Shown here: one piece after another, positions 15,272-24,718 of the stretch
Numbering within the stretch: the first letter of the stretch is position 1
Layout: each line of letters starts with the position of its first letter
DNA from: Minisyncoccota bacterium
GTDB lineage: Bacteria > Patescibacteriota > Minisyncoccia > UBA6257 > 2-01-FULL-56-20
Assembly (NCBI GenBank): GCA_035506115.1
Contig: DATJQA010000029.1
Location: 1 to 27,133, forward strand
DNA length: 27,133 nt
Direction of reading: 5' to 3'
Position numbers and translations under genes: made by a program
Notes under the pieces: model-generated
Told to the model about the DNA's origin: nothing
The model's database searches: none
Seen by the model: the letters and a program-made list of their open reading frames with translations, nothing else

Positions 15272-15385
15272 GCATCACCTCTCGTCCAGAAAAAGCTCTT
15301 GGTTATCCAAGTTGTCGTTCTCGATGAACCGTCCATTTTTTAACACGAACGAAGAGCCTTGTCTATAGAAAACGTTTCCTCTGAA

Positions 15386-17767
15386 CTATGTCCGTAGGCG
15401 CGCGAAGATATCCTGCTCCACTTGCTGCAGGTCGGCGCCGTACTTCTGGCGCGAGTACTCCTTGAGCGCGGCCGCGAGCTCCTGTTTGCCGCGCGTCCAT
15501 GATTCCGTTCCGACCTTCATGCTGAAGGGCTGGGCTGTCTGGCCGTTGATAAGGATCTTCGCCACGGCGTACAAGTTGTCGATGTTGGTGAGATCGTCCT
15601 CGTTGAAAATACCGGAGAGCTGTTTCACCAGGAACTCGGCATCCTGCGCGCCGACGCGCATGATTATTTGTGAACCGACGTTCCCGAAAACAGCGTCCCT
15701 TATCTTGTCCTGCAGCTGAGCGATGAACTGGTGAGCCATCGTGAGCGAGAGCGCGTACTTGCGCGCCTCGGAGAGGATGGAAGCCACGGCGTCGGTCGAG
15801 AAGTTCTGGAACTCGTCGATATAAAGGTTGAAATCGCGCCGGGCGCTCTTGTCCGCGATGTCGCCGCGCGACAGCGCCGCCATCAATATCTTCCCGATGA
15901 CTATCATGCCGAGGAGGTTGGCGTTGATATCCCCGAGGCGGCCCTTCGAGAGGTTCACGAGGATTATCTTCCCTTCGTCCATCGCCGTCCGGAAATTGAA
16001 GGCCGATCTCGGCTGGCCGATGATGGGCCGCATAAAATCGTTCGCGATGAAGTTGTTGAACTTCGACGTGATATACGGCGTCATATTGGCGAGCGAGGCT
16101 TCGCCGCCGGCCTTGGCCGCTTCCTTCAGCCAGAAGTCCGCCACGACCGGATTGCGGATGCGCTCCAGCTTTCGCAGACGGAACTGAGTATCGGTGAATA
16201 CGCGCGGGACCTCGATGAGCGTCGCCGGTTCGTTCGCCATATCTTCCATGAGGAGCAGCAGGGCGTTCCGCATATATTGCTCGAACATCGGACCCATCGA
16301 TTCCGGCGGGAAAAGCTTGTTGAAGATGCTCTGCATCTCGTTCACGATGAACGTCTTTTCTTCCGGCCGGTTCGGATTGAAGTCGAGCATATTCAAACCG
16401 AGCGGCCGTTCGCGGTCGGTCGGGTCGAAAAGGATAAGGTCGTCAACACGCTCTTTCGGAATATAAGTGAGGGCGTTCTCGACAAGGTCGCCGTGCGGAT
16501 CGATGACAGCAATGCCTTTGCCGCGCTTCATATCCGACATGATGAGATTGCCGATGAGCGTCGTTTTTCCGGTGCCGGTCTGGCCGATGATATAAATATG
16601 GCGCTTCTTGTCCTCATCAGTAAGATAGACCGGCTTCAACTGGCCGCGGAAAGAAGCTTGCCCGAGCAGCTGCCCGTCGGCCGGCAAGTTCGCCGGCGGG
16701 GCGGCTTCTTTCGATTTCAGATACTTCACCTTCGGCGTTTCCGTGCTTGAGGTCGGCAGGTGCCAGAAGCTCGCTATCTCCTCTGTATTAAGAACCATCG
16801 CTTGGCCGGAGGCGTAGTCGCGAAAAACGTAATCGTGAACAAGCCGTCCTACGTTCCGCGGCTTCACCAGTTTGAACTCGTTCCGCTGCGGGGCGGCGAG
16901 CTGCGAAAGGCCGGCCGTCAAGCCATCCAGAATGTCGTCGGCCTGGAACGGCGTTGGTGCCGAGGCCAAGAAGCGGACATTCACGGAAAAAAGCGGTTTC
17001 GTTATCTTGGCTTCAAGCGCTTTGACGGCTTCGTTGTCGACGATGACCGGCTCGCTCTTTTCTTTGGCTTTCTGCTCGGCACTCTTCGGCGAGAGCAGTT
17101 CATGCGCCGGCGGCAGGGCGGCCAGGATCTCGTTCACGCCCAACACTTTCTTGAGCGGTTCGCCTTTCTTGAGCTTCTCGAGATAGCTCAAAACCTCACG
17201 CTTCTTCTGCGGCGCCGGAGTCACGATAAGCTGAAGGGCGGCGCCCTCGCCGACCTGGCTTATCTTCGCGAACGCGCCGATGACCGAAGCGAAGGTGTCG
17301 GCGCCGACCTCCGTATAGGTCCGGACCGGCAAAGCGTAATGCTGTTTCAGGCCGACATACGCCGCCGCGGTCGCCCCCTGCGGATTGAAGATGTTGAAAT
17401 CATCGGTCGCCTGTTCGACGGAAGCCCCGTTCCACAGACCCTGGACCTGCTTCAGCGCCACTTCGCTCAAACGCTTCGGCACCGTCAGGAAGAAATGGAT
17501 CTCCTCGCCGACGTGCGGCACCGCCACTTCGAGCGCGAAGGGCGCCTTGAGGGCCGCTAGGTTCGCGAGTAACTGCTCAGAAGTATTTATTTCCGTCTTA
17601 AAATCCTTCCCCTGTTCCGGCTGGGTATTCGGTATCTTGATAAGAAAGACCGCCCGATTCAAAGAATCGAAGAAGTGCCGACGGCGCGTTGCCCGGACGA
17701 AGAAAAATATCCCGACGCCTAAGATGACCCCGAGACCTATTCCCGCCGCGAATGGAAGCCAGCTCAT
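15386..17767 (-). CDS. Membrane-anchored VirD4/TraD/HerA-like P-loop ATPase (793 aa)
   Basis: N-terminal TM; HIYIIGQTGTGKT (Walker A), VIDPHGD, LYIDEFQNF (Walker B), LSEARKY, AHQFIAQL, FGNVGS. Confidence 0.9.
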   Translation of the reverse strand: MSWLPFAAGIGLGVILGVGIFFFVRATRRRHFFDSLNRAVFLIKIPNTQPEQGKDFKTEINTSEQLLANLAALKAPFALEVAVPHVGEEIHFFLTVPKRLSEVALKQVQGLWNGASVEQATDDFNIFNPQGATAAAYVGLKQHYALPVRTYTEVGADTFASVIGAFAKISQVGEGAALQLIVTPAPQKKREVLSYLEKLKKGEPLKKVLGVNEILAALPPAHELLSPKSAEQKAKEKSEPVIVDNEAVKALEAKITKPLFSVNVRFLASAPTPFQADDILDGLTAGLSQLAAPQRNEFKLVKPRNVGRLVHDYVFRDYASGQAMVLNTEEIASFWHLPTSSTETPKVKYLKSKEAAPPANLPADGQLLGQASFRGQLKPVYLTDEDKKRHIYIIGQTGTGKTTLIGNLIMSDMKRGKGIAVIDPHGDLVENALTYIPKERVDDLILFDPTDRERPLGLNMLDFNPNRPEEKTFIVNEMQSIFNKLFPPESMGPMFEQYMRNALLLLMEDMANEPATLIEVPRVFTDTQFRLRKLERIRNPVVADFWLKEAAKAGGEASLANMTPYITSKFNNFIANDFMRPIIGQPRSAFNFRTAMDEGKIILVNLSKGRLGDINANLLGMIVIGKILMAALSRGDIADKSARRDFNLYIDEFQNFSTDAVASILSEARKYALSLTMAHQFIAQLQDKIRDAVFGNVGSQIIMRVGAQDAEFLVKQLSGIFNEDDLTNIDNLYAVAKILINGQTAQPFSMKVGTESWTRGKQELAAALKEYSRQKYGADLQQVEQDIFARLRT

Positions 17768-17773
17768 GCGTTG

Positions 17774-18169
17774 TTATTCAAGGAGCCCGCGTTTTTGGAA
17801 TTCCGAGTAAAGTTTTCCGACCAAGGCGTCGTGAAATGTGTCGAGAACGTAAGGATTCGAGCGCGCGGCGGCGGCGTTCGCTTTCATGATGCCTTCGCGG
17901 AAAGCCATCTCGAGGAGCTGCTCGACCTCGAGACGCGTTTCCGGCGGTGCGTCCTTGGCGTAGTTCGGCAGCGGGTCCTGGATAACGTTGGCGTTCGCGG
18001 CCGCGGGCGGCGCGGGCGGCGGGGTCATCGATTGAACGGCCTGCTTCAATACCTCCTGATGGGAAACGCCCTGTATCTCCGGCTGTTCGCGCCGATTCTT
18101 CATTTCGGCCGAGAGGTGCTCGATATCGGACTCAAGGAATTGTTCGAAATTTGGTTGGATGTCGGGCAT
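17774..18169 (-). CDS. Hypothetical helical protein (131 aa)
   Basis: Ends 6 nt before the ATPase gene; Pro/Ala linker then VEQLLEMAFREGI...NPYVLDTFHDAL. Confidence 0.78.
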   Translation of the reverse strand: MPDIQPNFEQFLESDIEHLSAEMKNRREQPEIQGVSHQEVLKQAVQSMTPPPAPPAAANANVIQDPLPNYAKDAPPETRLEVEQLLEMAFREGIMKANAAAARSNPYVLDTFHDALVGKLYSEFQKRGLLE

Positions 18170-18210
18170 GTTAATAGAGATTAGAGGACGGGAGCGTTAT
18201 AATGGCTGAT

Positions 18211-19665
18211 ATGACCAAAAACCGCACCGCCTGGCTCTTAGTCGGCATCATTATTATAGCACTCTTTTTGCGGAGCTATCGTTTGGCCGAGGTGCCGCCG
18301 GGGCTCTATCCCGACGAGGCGATGGACGGCACGAACGCGCAGGAGGCCATCGCGACCGGTCAGTATAAAGTTTATTACCCCGAGAACAACGGCCGTGAGG
18401 GACTTTTTATGAACATCCAGGCGGAGTTCTTGAAAGTCATTCTGCCGTTCGCTCATAATGAGCCGGAACCGTGGATGCTCCGCTTCGTTTCGATGGCCTG
18501 CGGGACGCTTACCGTCCTCGGCCTCTACTTTTTGGGCCGAGAACTTTTCTCGAAGCGTGTTGGTCTCTTGGCCGCCTTCTTCATCGCCACGAACTTCTGG
18601 CACATCAATTTTTCCCGCATCAGTTTCCGCGCCATCATGGCCCCGCTCTGCCTCGTCTGGGCCGCTTTCTTTTTCCTCTACGCGGTGAAGCGCGAGAAGA
18701 AATTCGAAAAATACGCGGCGGCTGTTCTCGGCGGTCTTGTTTTCGGGGCCGGCTTCTATACTTATATCGCCTACCGCGTCGCCCCGCTCCTCTTTTTGCT
18801 TTTCATCCCCTTCTTCCGGAAGCACGCCGACTTCTGGAAGGTCGCCGCCGTTTACGTGGCCGTCACGTTCTTCACCGCTCTCCCGATTGGGCTCTACTAT
18901 CTTCATAACCCAGCAGATTTCTTCGGCCGAACGACACAGGTCTCCGTCATGAGCTCGAAGACCCCGCTCGCCGATCTGGCGTGGAACGTCGTGAAGACGG
19001 CCGGCATGTTCAACTTTGTCGGCGACATGAACCCGCGCCACAACGTCTCCGGTCGGCCGGAACTCTTCGCCCCCGTCGGCGCCCTTTTCCTCATCGGCCT
19101 TGTCCTTGGCCTCATCGCCCTCAAAAAGAAACCGGATGAACGTTTCTCGTTCCTTTTCATCTTCGGCTGGGCCACCCTCGCCGCTTTGCCCGTCGTCATT
19201 TCGAACGAAGGCCTCCCGCACGCGCTCCGCTCCATCCTCCTTATTCCGCCGGTCATTCTCCTCGCCGCTTTCGCCGCCGAACGGGTCTACCACGTGATGC
19301 GCGATAAGTGGCCGAAGTATCTGACAATAATTGTGACCGTCCTTTTCCTGGCCCTGCTCCCCGTCGAGGCCTACCACACTTATTTCGTTCTCTTCGCGAA
19401 CGCCGCGGATACACCAGGCGCTTTTGCCGCCGATTATGTAACTATCGGACATGCCATCCGGGCTTTGCCGACCAGCACGCTGAAGTATGTCGTTGTCGAG
19501 GCGGGCGGCGTGGATGTGCGCGGCATCCCGATGCCGGCTCAGACCGTCATGTACATTACGGATTCCTTCACGCCAGAAAAACAGGCGGAGAAGAACATCT
19601 ACTACGTTCTGCCGAAAGACGAGAATAGGATACCGGCCGGGGCGGTCATCTTCCGTCTGAAATGA
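18211..19665 (+). CDS. GT-C fold (ArnT/PMT-like, GT39/GT83-type) membrane glycosyltransferase (484 aa)
   Basis: PPGLYPDEA in the first loop, many TM segments; start ATG 18211, 7 nt after TATAAT (18198-18203). Confidence 0.88.
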   Translation: MTKNRTAWLLVGIIIIALFLRSYRLAEVPPGLYPDEAMDGTNAQEAIATGQYKVYYPENNGREGLFMNIQAEFLKVILPFAHNEPEPWMLRFVSMACGTLTVLGLYFLGRELFSKRVGLLAAFFIATNFWHINFSRISFRAIMAPLCLVWAAFFFLYAVKREKKFEKYAAAVLGGLVFGAGFYTYIAYRVAPLLFLLFIPFFRKHADFWKVAAVYVAVTFFTALPIGLYYLHNPADFFGRTTQVSVMSSKTPLADLAWNVVKTAGMFNFVGDMNPRHNVSGRPELFAPVGALFLIGLVLGLIALKKKPDERFSFLFIFGWATLAALPVVISNEGLPHALRSILLIPPVILLAAFAAERVYHVMRDKWPKYLTIIVTVLFLALLPVEAYHTYFVLFANAADTPGAFAADYVTIGHAIRALPTSTLKYVVVEAGGVDVRGIPMPAQTVMYITDSFTPEKQAEKNIYYVLPKDENRIPAGAVIFRLK

Positions 19666-20624
19666 AGAAGCCCCGCATCGCCGTTCTCGCCGGCGGACCA
19701 TCGAGCGAGTATGAAATTTCGCTCCGCTCTTCGGCGCAGATCGAGCGCGCCTTAAAAGCGGCCTATCCCGTGAAGCGCGTCCTTCTATCGAAAGAGCCGG
19801 CGCGCCTCTTTGATACCTTAAAGAAAAACCTGAAAGGTACCGACGTCGCTCTGCTTTCCGCCCTGCACGGCGAATGGGTTGAAGACGGGCGCCTTCAGGC
19901 GCTCCTCGAAACCCTTCGCGTCCCCTACACCGGCTCCGGTGTTCTCGCGAGCGCGCTTGGGATGGACAAAGCCATGTCCTACGAGCTGGCCAAACGCTTC
20001 GGCCTTCTCGTGCCGCCGTATTTTGTCCTGCGCCGCTCGGCCGAGCCGGATGTCGTCCACGCGCGCCTCAAAGAAGATTTCGGCTATCCGTGCGTTGTGA
20101 AACCAAACGCCCTCGGCTCCTCCATCGGCGTCTCCATTGTTAAGAACCGCCGGACGCTGGACGCCGCGCTCCGGGCCGCTTTCGACTACGACGGAACGAT
20201 AATCGTTCAAAAGTTCATTGCCGGCGCCGAGGTCACTTGCGGCGTGCTCGGCAACACCGCCCGGACGGACCTCGTCGCGCTGCCGCCCATCCTCATTCGC
20301 CCGCCCAAAGGTGCGTTCTTCGACTACCACGCGAAATACGATTCGCCGAAAACGAAGGAGTTGTGCCCCGCGCCGCTGCCGAAAAAGACGCTCGCGAACA
20401 TCGAGGCCGCGGCGCTCTTGGCTCACGCCCTGCACCGCACGGACGGCCTCACGCGTTCTGATTTCATTCTGGACAAGAAAGGCGGTCTCAATTTTTTGGA
20501 AATCAATACGGCTCCCGGCATGACGGAGGCCTCGCTCTGCCCGAAAGAAGCCCGCGCCCTCGGCTGGACGTTCCTCGACCTCCTCGAAAAGATAATCGGC
20601 CTCGGCCTCGAACGGCGGCGGTAA
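19662..20624 (+). CDS. ddl: D-alanine--D-alanine ligase (320 aa)
   Basis: GGPSSEYEISLRS, LHGE..EDG, YTGSGVLASALGMDK, VKPNALGSSIGV, FFDYHAKY, RSDF, EINTAPGMT. Confidence 0.95.
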   Translation: MKKPRIAVLAGGPSSEYEISLRSSAQIERALKAAYPVKRVLLSKEPARLFDTLKKNLKGTDVALLSALHGEWVEDGRLQALLETLRVPYTGSGVLASALGMDKAMSYELAKRFGLLVPPYFVLRRSAEPDVVHARLKEDFGYPCVVKPNALGSSIGVSIVKNRRTLDAALRAAFDYDGTIIVQKFIAGAEVTCGVLGNTARTDLVALPPILIRPPKGAFFDYHAKYDSPKTKELCPAPLPKKTLANIEAAALLAHALHRTDGLTRSDFILDKKGGLNFLEINTAPGMTEASLCPKEARALGWTFLDLLEKIIGLGLERRR

Positions 20625-20627
20625 CGA

Positions 20628-20651
20628 AAGTCCCCGCTCGCGCGGGGACTT
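20628..20651. terminator. Bidirectional terminator between ddl and rplU
   Basis: 10-bp stem AAGTCCCCGC/GCGGGGACTT, 4-nt loop, followed by ATTTTT. Confidence 0.85.
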
Positions 20652-20655
20652 ATTT

Positions 20656-20967
20656 TTACACCTTCGTTATCTCAACCTCGGTATAGTGCTGCCGGTGGCC
20701 CTTCTTCTTCCGATAGCGCACCTTTGAGTGATATTTAAAGATAATGACCTTCCGGGCGCGCGCTTGTTCAACGACGGTCGCTTCCACTTTCGCGGCCTTC
20801 ACGTACGGCGTCCCGACCTCCACCTTGTCTCCGTCCACGGTCAAGAGCACCTTATCGAAGACCATTTTCGCGCCCGCCTCGCCGGCGAGCTTTTCTACTT
20901 TAAGTTTTTGACCGGCAGAAACCCGGTATTGTTTCCCGCCTGTCTCAATGACTGCAAATGAGGCCAT
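20656..20967 (-). CDS. rplU: 50S ribosomal protein L21
   Basis: FAVIETGGKQYRV, VEVGTPYV, IFKY..K..YRKKKGHRQHYT. Confidence 0.97.
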   Translation of the reverse strand: MASFAVIETGGKQYRVSAGQKLKVEKLAGEAGAKMVFDKVLLTVDGDKVEVGTPYVKAAKVEATVVEQARARKVIIFKYHSKVRYRKKKGHRQHYTEVEITKV

Positions 20968-21003
20968 GTTCCTTGGATATTTGAGGCCGCCCGGGGGCGG
21001 CGC

Positions 21004-21363
21004 TTAGTTCACGGAGATGATAGCGGAGAAGGCGATAAAAATCAAGACCGCAAAGACGAAGGTCGAACCGGCGATGAGCTTTCCGAGGAACCAGTCCCGT
21101 TCGTCGAGGCGAACCGCCAGGATACCGTTCAGAACGACCACAAGCACGCCGAAACCGCCGATATCGAAAATATCCCAGATGGTCCCTTTCATCTCGACCG
21201 GCGAGTCGAGGCCCGCATTGTAATGAATGATGAGCGGCTGGGAAATGCCCCGGAGCGACGTGTAGGCCCAGATCCAACCGGCCAGGACGAGGACGAAGCT
21301 AACGCCGATGGCTAAGGCGACGGGCTGATGCCGTTTGAGCTGTGACCAGAACGATTGGTTCAT
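21004..21363 (-). CDS. Small membrane protein, three predicted TM segments (119 aa)
   Basis: Hydrophobic segments around a PLIIHYN loop; ATGA overlap with the galT stop. Confidence 0.8.
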   Translation of the reverse strand: MNQSFWSQLKRHQPVALAIGVSFVLVLAGWIWAYTSLRGISQPLIIHYNAGLDSPVEMKGTIWDIFDIGGFGVLVVVLNGILAVRLDERDWFLGKLIAGSTFVFAVLIFIAFSAIISVN

Positions 21364-22376
21364 GAACTGAGAGGGTGCGGTGGCCGTCGGCCGTGGAGAA
21401 CGGCGGTCAGCCAGTCCGGATCGAAAACATTGATGTCCGTACCTGTCGAAAGCTCAAAGCCGCCCGGCGGCGGGAAGATCTTCGGGATGACGTCGATGTG
21501 CCAGTGATAGTGGGCATATTTCTTCTGGTCCTTGATGGGTCCGGTGTGAATGAAGAAATTCAGGTCCGGGTCGGCCAGATACTTGCGCATCCGCTGGAGC
21601 GTCGACTTGAGGACGATGATGATGTCCAAAAGGTCGCGGCGCGGCGTTTTTTCGAAGAACGGCTCATGGCGCTTCGGATAGATGCTCACTTCCATTCGGC
21701 TCTTCGGCACGAAGGGGGCGACAGCAATGGCCCTGGCGTTCTCGTCCACCACGCGCGTTTTCGCTTTCCGTTCATATTTCAGAACGTCGCAGTGGACGCA
21801 GCGGTGGTGCTTCTTGAAATAGCGCTTCGAACCGCCGAGCGAACCTTCGACCTCCGGCGGGATGAAAGGCAAAGTGAGCATCTGATAATGCGGATGGTAA
21901 AGCGAAGCGCCGGCCAGTGGCCCCCAGTTGAAGAAGGTCGAAACGTACGCCAAGCAATCATCCTCTTCCGCCATTCGGAAGCGCCGCTGCATGGCTTCGA
22001 ATATCTCTAAGGTCGCTTTGGGCGGCAGGTCGGCGATGTTCCGGAAGTGGTCGCGGCCGACGACGAGGTCGTGATAGCCGACGCCTTTCCGATAAGCGTA
22101 CGGTCCACGGTGGTGGATGTCGGCACATTGTTCGCCATGGGCGAGCGCCGGATATTTGTTCGGAATGACGGCCACGCGCCATTTCTTCTCATCGTTCGGA
22201 ACCAAAAAATGGGGCGGCCAGTTGCCCGTCCCGCGCAGGTCCTCAAAAGGACAAGTGGCCTTCGGGGTCGGCTTCCGTTTTTCTTTTTTGGCGAACAGCT
22301 GGTCGGGTCGTTTGGCCCGCTCCGGGACCATGATGACCCAATCACCGGAAACGATGTCTTGGCGAATTTCGCTCAT
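21360..22376 (-). CDS. galT: Galactose-1-phosphate uridylyltransferase family (338 aa)
   Basis: RQDIVSGDWVI..PERAKRP, CPF, VIPNKYPAL, GASLYHPHYQ (HxHxQ), YHWHI, GGFELSTG. Confidence 0.88.
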   Translation of the reverse strand: MSEIRQDIVSGDWVIMVPERAKRPDQLFAKKEKRKPTPKATCPFEDLRGTGNWPPHFLVPNDEKKWRVAVIPNKYPALAHGEQCADIHHRGPYAYRKGVGYHDLVVGRDHFRNIADLPPKATLEIFEAMQRRFRMAEEDDCLAYVSTFFNWGPLAGASLYHPHYQMLTLPFIPPEVEGSLGGSKRYFKKHHRCVHCDVLKYERKAKTRVVDENARAIAVAPFVPKSRMEVSIYPKRHEPFFEKTPRRDLLDIIIVLKSTLQRMRKYLADPDLNFFIHTGPIKDQKKYAHYHWHIDVIPKIFPPPGGFELSTGTDINVFDPDWLTAVLHGRRPPHPLSS

Positions 22377-22394
22377 ATTAGGAATTATTCTACC

Positions 22395-24254
22395 TTATTT
22401 TTTCAGCCGATGCTCGGCGTACCAGGCAAAGACATCGTGCGCTATCGGAACGGCGTTCAAGCTCCCCTCCTTCGAGTTTTCGACGAGAATGAGGAGTGCG
22501 AGCTTCGGATGGTCGGCCGGCAGGTAGCCGACGAAGAAAGCATTCTCTTGGGTCTTATTGAAAACCTGCGCACTTCCGGTCTTGGCTGCGCTCGGGATCG
22601 ACAGGTCGTCCAAAAGATGGGCCGTGCCCATTGGCGAAGTGACCGTCAAGCGCATCCCCTTCTGAACTTCAGCGATGGCCGGCGCGAAGGTCGTGAGGTC
22701 GCCCAGGGCGACGCCGGCCGTCGAGGAAGCGTTCACGAACGGCTGATAAATATAACCGCCGTTCGCGATGGCGGCGATGTAATTGAGCAACGCGATGGGC
22801 GTGACCAAAAGATCGCCCTGGCCGATGGAAACGTTGTAAGTATCGCCGAGCTGCCAGGGCCGGTTCGTGTTCTGCTTCTTCCATTCGATGGTCGGAAGAA
22901 AACCGGTGTTCTCGCCCGGCAGGTCGATGCCGGTCGGTTTATCGAGCCGGAACTTCTGCCACCAGGCGTCCAAACGGTCGATGCCGAGGCCTTTGATATC
23001 GCCGAAGCCGCCGCCCACTTCATAGAAGTAAACATTCGAGGATTGGGCGAGCGCCGCCGCCATGTTCACGTAGCCCTGATAGCGCCAATCCACGAAGCGG
23101 GTCGGATGTTCCGGGTCATACGGATTCGGGACGTCGAGATAGCCGGGTGAGAAGATCTGCCGCGTGGGCGTAATGACGCCTTCGGTCAGAGCCGCGACGC
23201 CATGAAGCGGCTTGATGGTCGAGCCGGGGTTATACATACCGCCCAGAAGACGGTCGAAGAGCGGCCTGGTCGAATCATTCAAGAGCGCCACTCGGTCGGC
23301 GCTCGAACCGGCCCCGCTCATCACGTTATTGTCGTAAGACGGCATACTGAAGAAAGCCAGAACGGCACCGGTCGTAGGATCAATGGCCAGGCCGGCCCCC
23401 GAGGTCCGACCGAGAGCGGTGAGCGCCTCCCGGAAACGCTGATAAAAATATTCCTGGAACTCACCGTCGATGGTGAGTTGAACGGTCGCACCGATCTTCG
23501 CTTCCGAATTGGTCCGTTCCGTAAGCGTTCGCCCTTTCGCGTCCCGCACTTGGACAGCCACGCCGGGCTGACCGCGCAATGTTTTGTCGTACTCCGCCTC
23601 AATGCCGCTCTTGCCCACAACGTCCTGGCCGGTCAAAGTATCGTCGGCTCTGAGATCGTCGGGCGAAGGATAACCGACGTAACCCAAGACGGTCGAGAAG
23701 ACCGGCCCTTTCGGATAAGAACGCCGGTAACCGTCGGTGACCGTGAGCGTCTTCAGGCCCAAAGCCTTCAAGGCAACAAGCTGGCTTTGCGTAAGGTTGT
23801 CGCTCAGGATTATCGGCTCGGATGATTGTTCCGTGTTGCGGTCGCTGACCGCAGACAGGACCGTGTCCGGCGAAATGCCGAGCGTCGTGCTCACGGCCTC
23901 GAGCGTCCGCTCTTCAAGGTCCGGTTCTTGAAGGAAGGCCCGCACATCGAGCGCGGCGGCGAAAGCCGGCTGATTTTCTGCCAAAACCACGCCATTCCGG
24001 TCGACAATGAGACCGCGCGGGGCCGGCGTGAGCTGTTCCTGAAGAAGATTGGCAGCGGCGCGGCGGGCGTAAAAGTCACCGTTCGCCACGTTCAGAAAGA
24101 CGAGTCGAGCGACCACCGCGACGACAACGCCCACCACGGCGAGACCCACGTAAAAGAGCGGTCGGTCGTCGAGCGGTACTTCGACCACGTCCAAGTCGCG
24201 CGACCAATCGTCCGAAAGAGATTCTTCGAAGATTATATCTGTCTTCTTTTTCAT
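22395..24254 (-). CDS. mrdA: Class B penicillin-binding protein 2 (619 aa)
   Basis: TM anchor; PAPRGLIVDRNG; GKSGIEAEYD; PGSTIK (SxxK), SSN (SxN), AKTG; follows mreBCD. Confidence 0.92.
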   Translation of the reverse strand: MKKKTDIIFEESLSDDWSRDLDVVEVPLDDRPLFYVGLAVVGVVVAVVARLVFLNVANGDFYARRAAANLLQEQLTPAPRGLIVDRNGVVLAENQPAFAAALDVRAFLQEPDLEERTLEAVSTTLGISPDTVLSAVSDRNTEQSSEPIILSDNLTQSQLVALKALGLKTLTVTDGYRRSYPKGPVFSTVLGYVGYPSPDDLRADDTLTGQDVVGKSGIEAEYDKTLRGQPGVAVQVRDAKGRTLTERTNSEAKIGATVQLTIDGEFQEYFYQRFREALTALGRTSGAGLAIDPTTGAVLAFFSMPSYDNNVMSGAGSSADRVALLNDSTRPLFDRLLGGMYNPGSTIKPLHGVAALTEGVITPTRQIFSPGYLDVPNPYDPEHPTRFVDWRYQGYVNMAAALAQSSNVYFYEVGGGFGDIKGLGIDRLDAWWQKFRLDKPTGIDLPGENTGFLPTIEWKKQNTNRPWQLGDTYNVSIGQGDLLVTPIALLNYIAAIANGGYIYQPFVNASSTAGVALGDLTTFAPAIAEVQKGMRLTVTSPMGTAHLLDDLSIPSAAKTGSAQVFNKTQENAFFVGYLPADHPKLALLILVENSKEGSLNAVPIAHDVFAWYAEHRLKK

Positions 24255-24718
24255 CTATGATGGCGGGCCCGGCGCACTGGTCCGAAAACGAGCTCGAACG
24301 TCCAGAACGCGAGGGCGGCAAAGAGGATATCGGTCACGAGTATCTGAAAGAAAGTTATCGGCTCCGCCAGAACGGTCGGCCCGTGCAGGAAGCCGTGGAA
24401 AACAGCGGCAGCCAGACCGACGAGAAGAAGATTGGCGAACCACGGTTGCCAGGAGAGAAAGCGGCGCGCGAGCGCGGCCCCGAACACCAGGGCAGCGAAA
24501 AGAATGAGGGCGGGCGCGAGACCCGGTTGCCAATTCAAAAGCAGGACGGTCAGGAGGGTCGTGAAGATGAGCGCTGGCCAATTGAAAAAAGCCCCGAGAA
24601 CAACGCCGGCCGCGAGCGCCAGGTCAGGCGCGAAGCCGAAAAGGACGAGCCCCTTGAGCTCCAGCACGACGGCGAAGAGCATCAAACAGAGGCCGCTTAC
24701 GAAAAGCCGGGGGTTCAT
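24251..24718 (-). CDS. mreD: Rod shape-determining protein MreD-like membrane protein (155 aa)
   Basis: Polytopic, PDLAL motif, ATGA overlaps with both mreC and mrdA; call relies partly on position. Confidence 0.7.
   Translation of the reverse strand: MNPRLFVSGLCLMLFAVVLELKGLVLFGFAPDLALAAGVVLGAFFNWPALIFTTLLTVLLLNWQPGLAPALILFAALVFGAALARRFLSWQPWFANLLLVGLAAAVFHGFLHGPTVLAEPITFFQILVTDILFAALAFWTFELVFGPVRRARHHR

Noticed and set aside
15386-17767. Integrative conjugative element
   Set aside because: No relaxase, VirB4, integrase or att repeats; flanked by ordinary chromosomal genes.
18238-19701. 487-aa antisense ORF over the glycosyltransferase, and similar long shadows (15731-16750, 22047-23150, 8935-9879, 25298-26065)
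   Set aside because: They lie opposite genes with clear family motifs, have no recognisable motifs or start signals, and are expected from strong codon bias.
20968-21003. L21 leader RNA (GC hairpin before rplU)
   Set aside because: Only a short CCGCC/GGCGG stem in a 36-nt gap; too little to separate from a generic hairpin.
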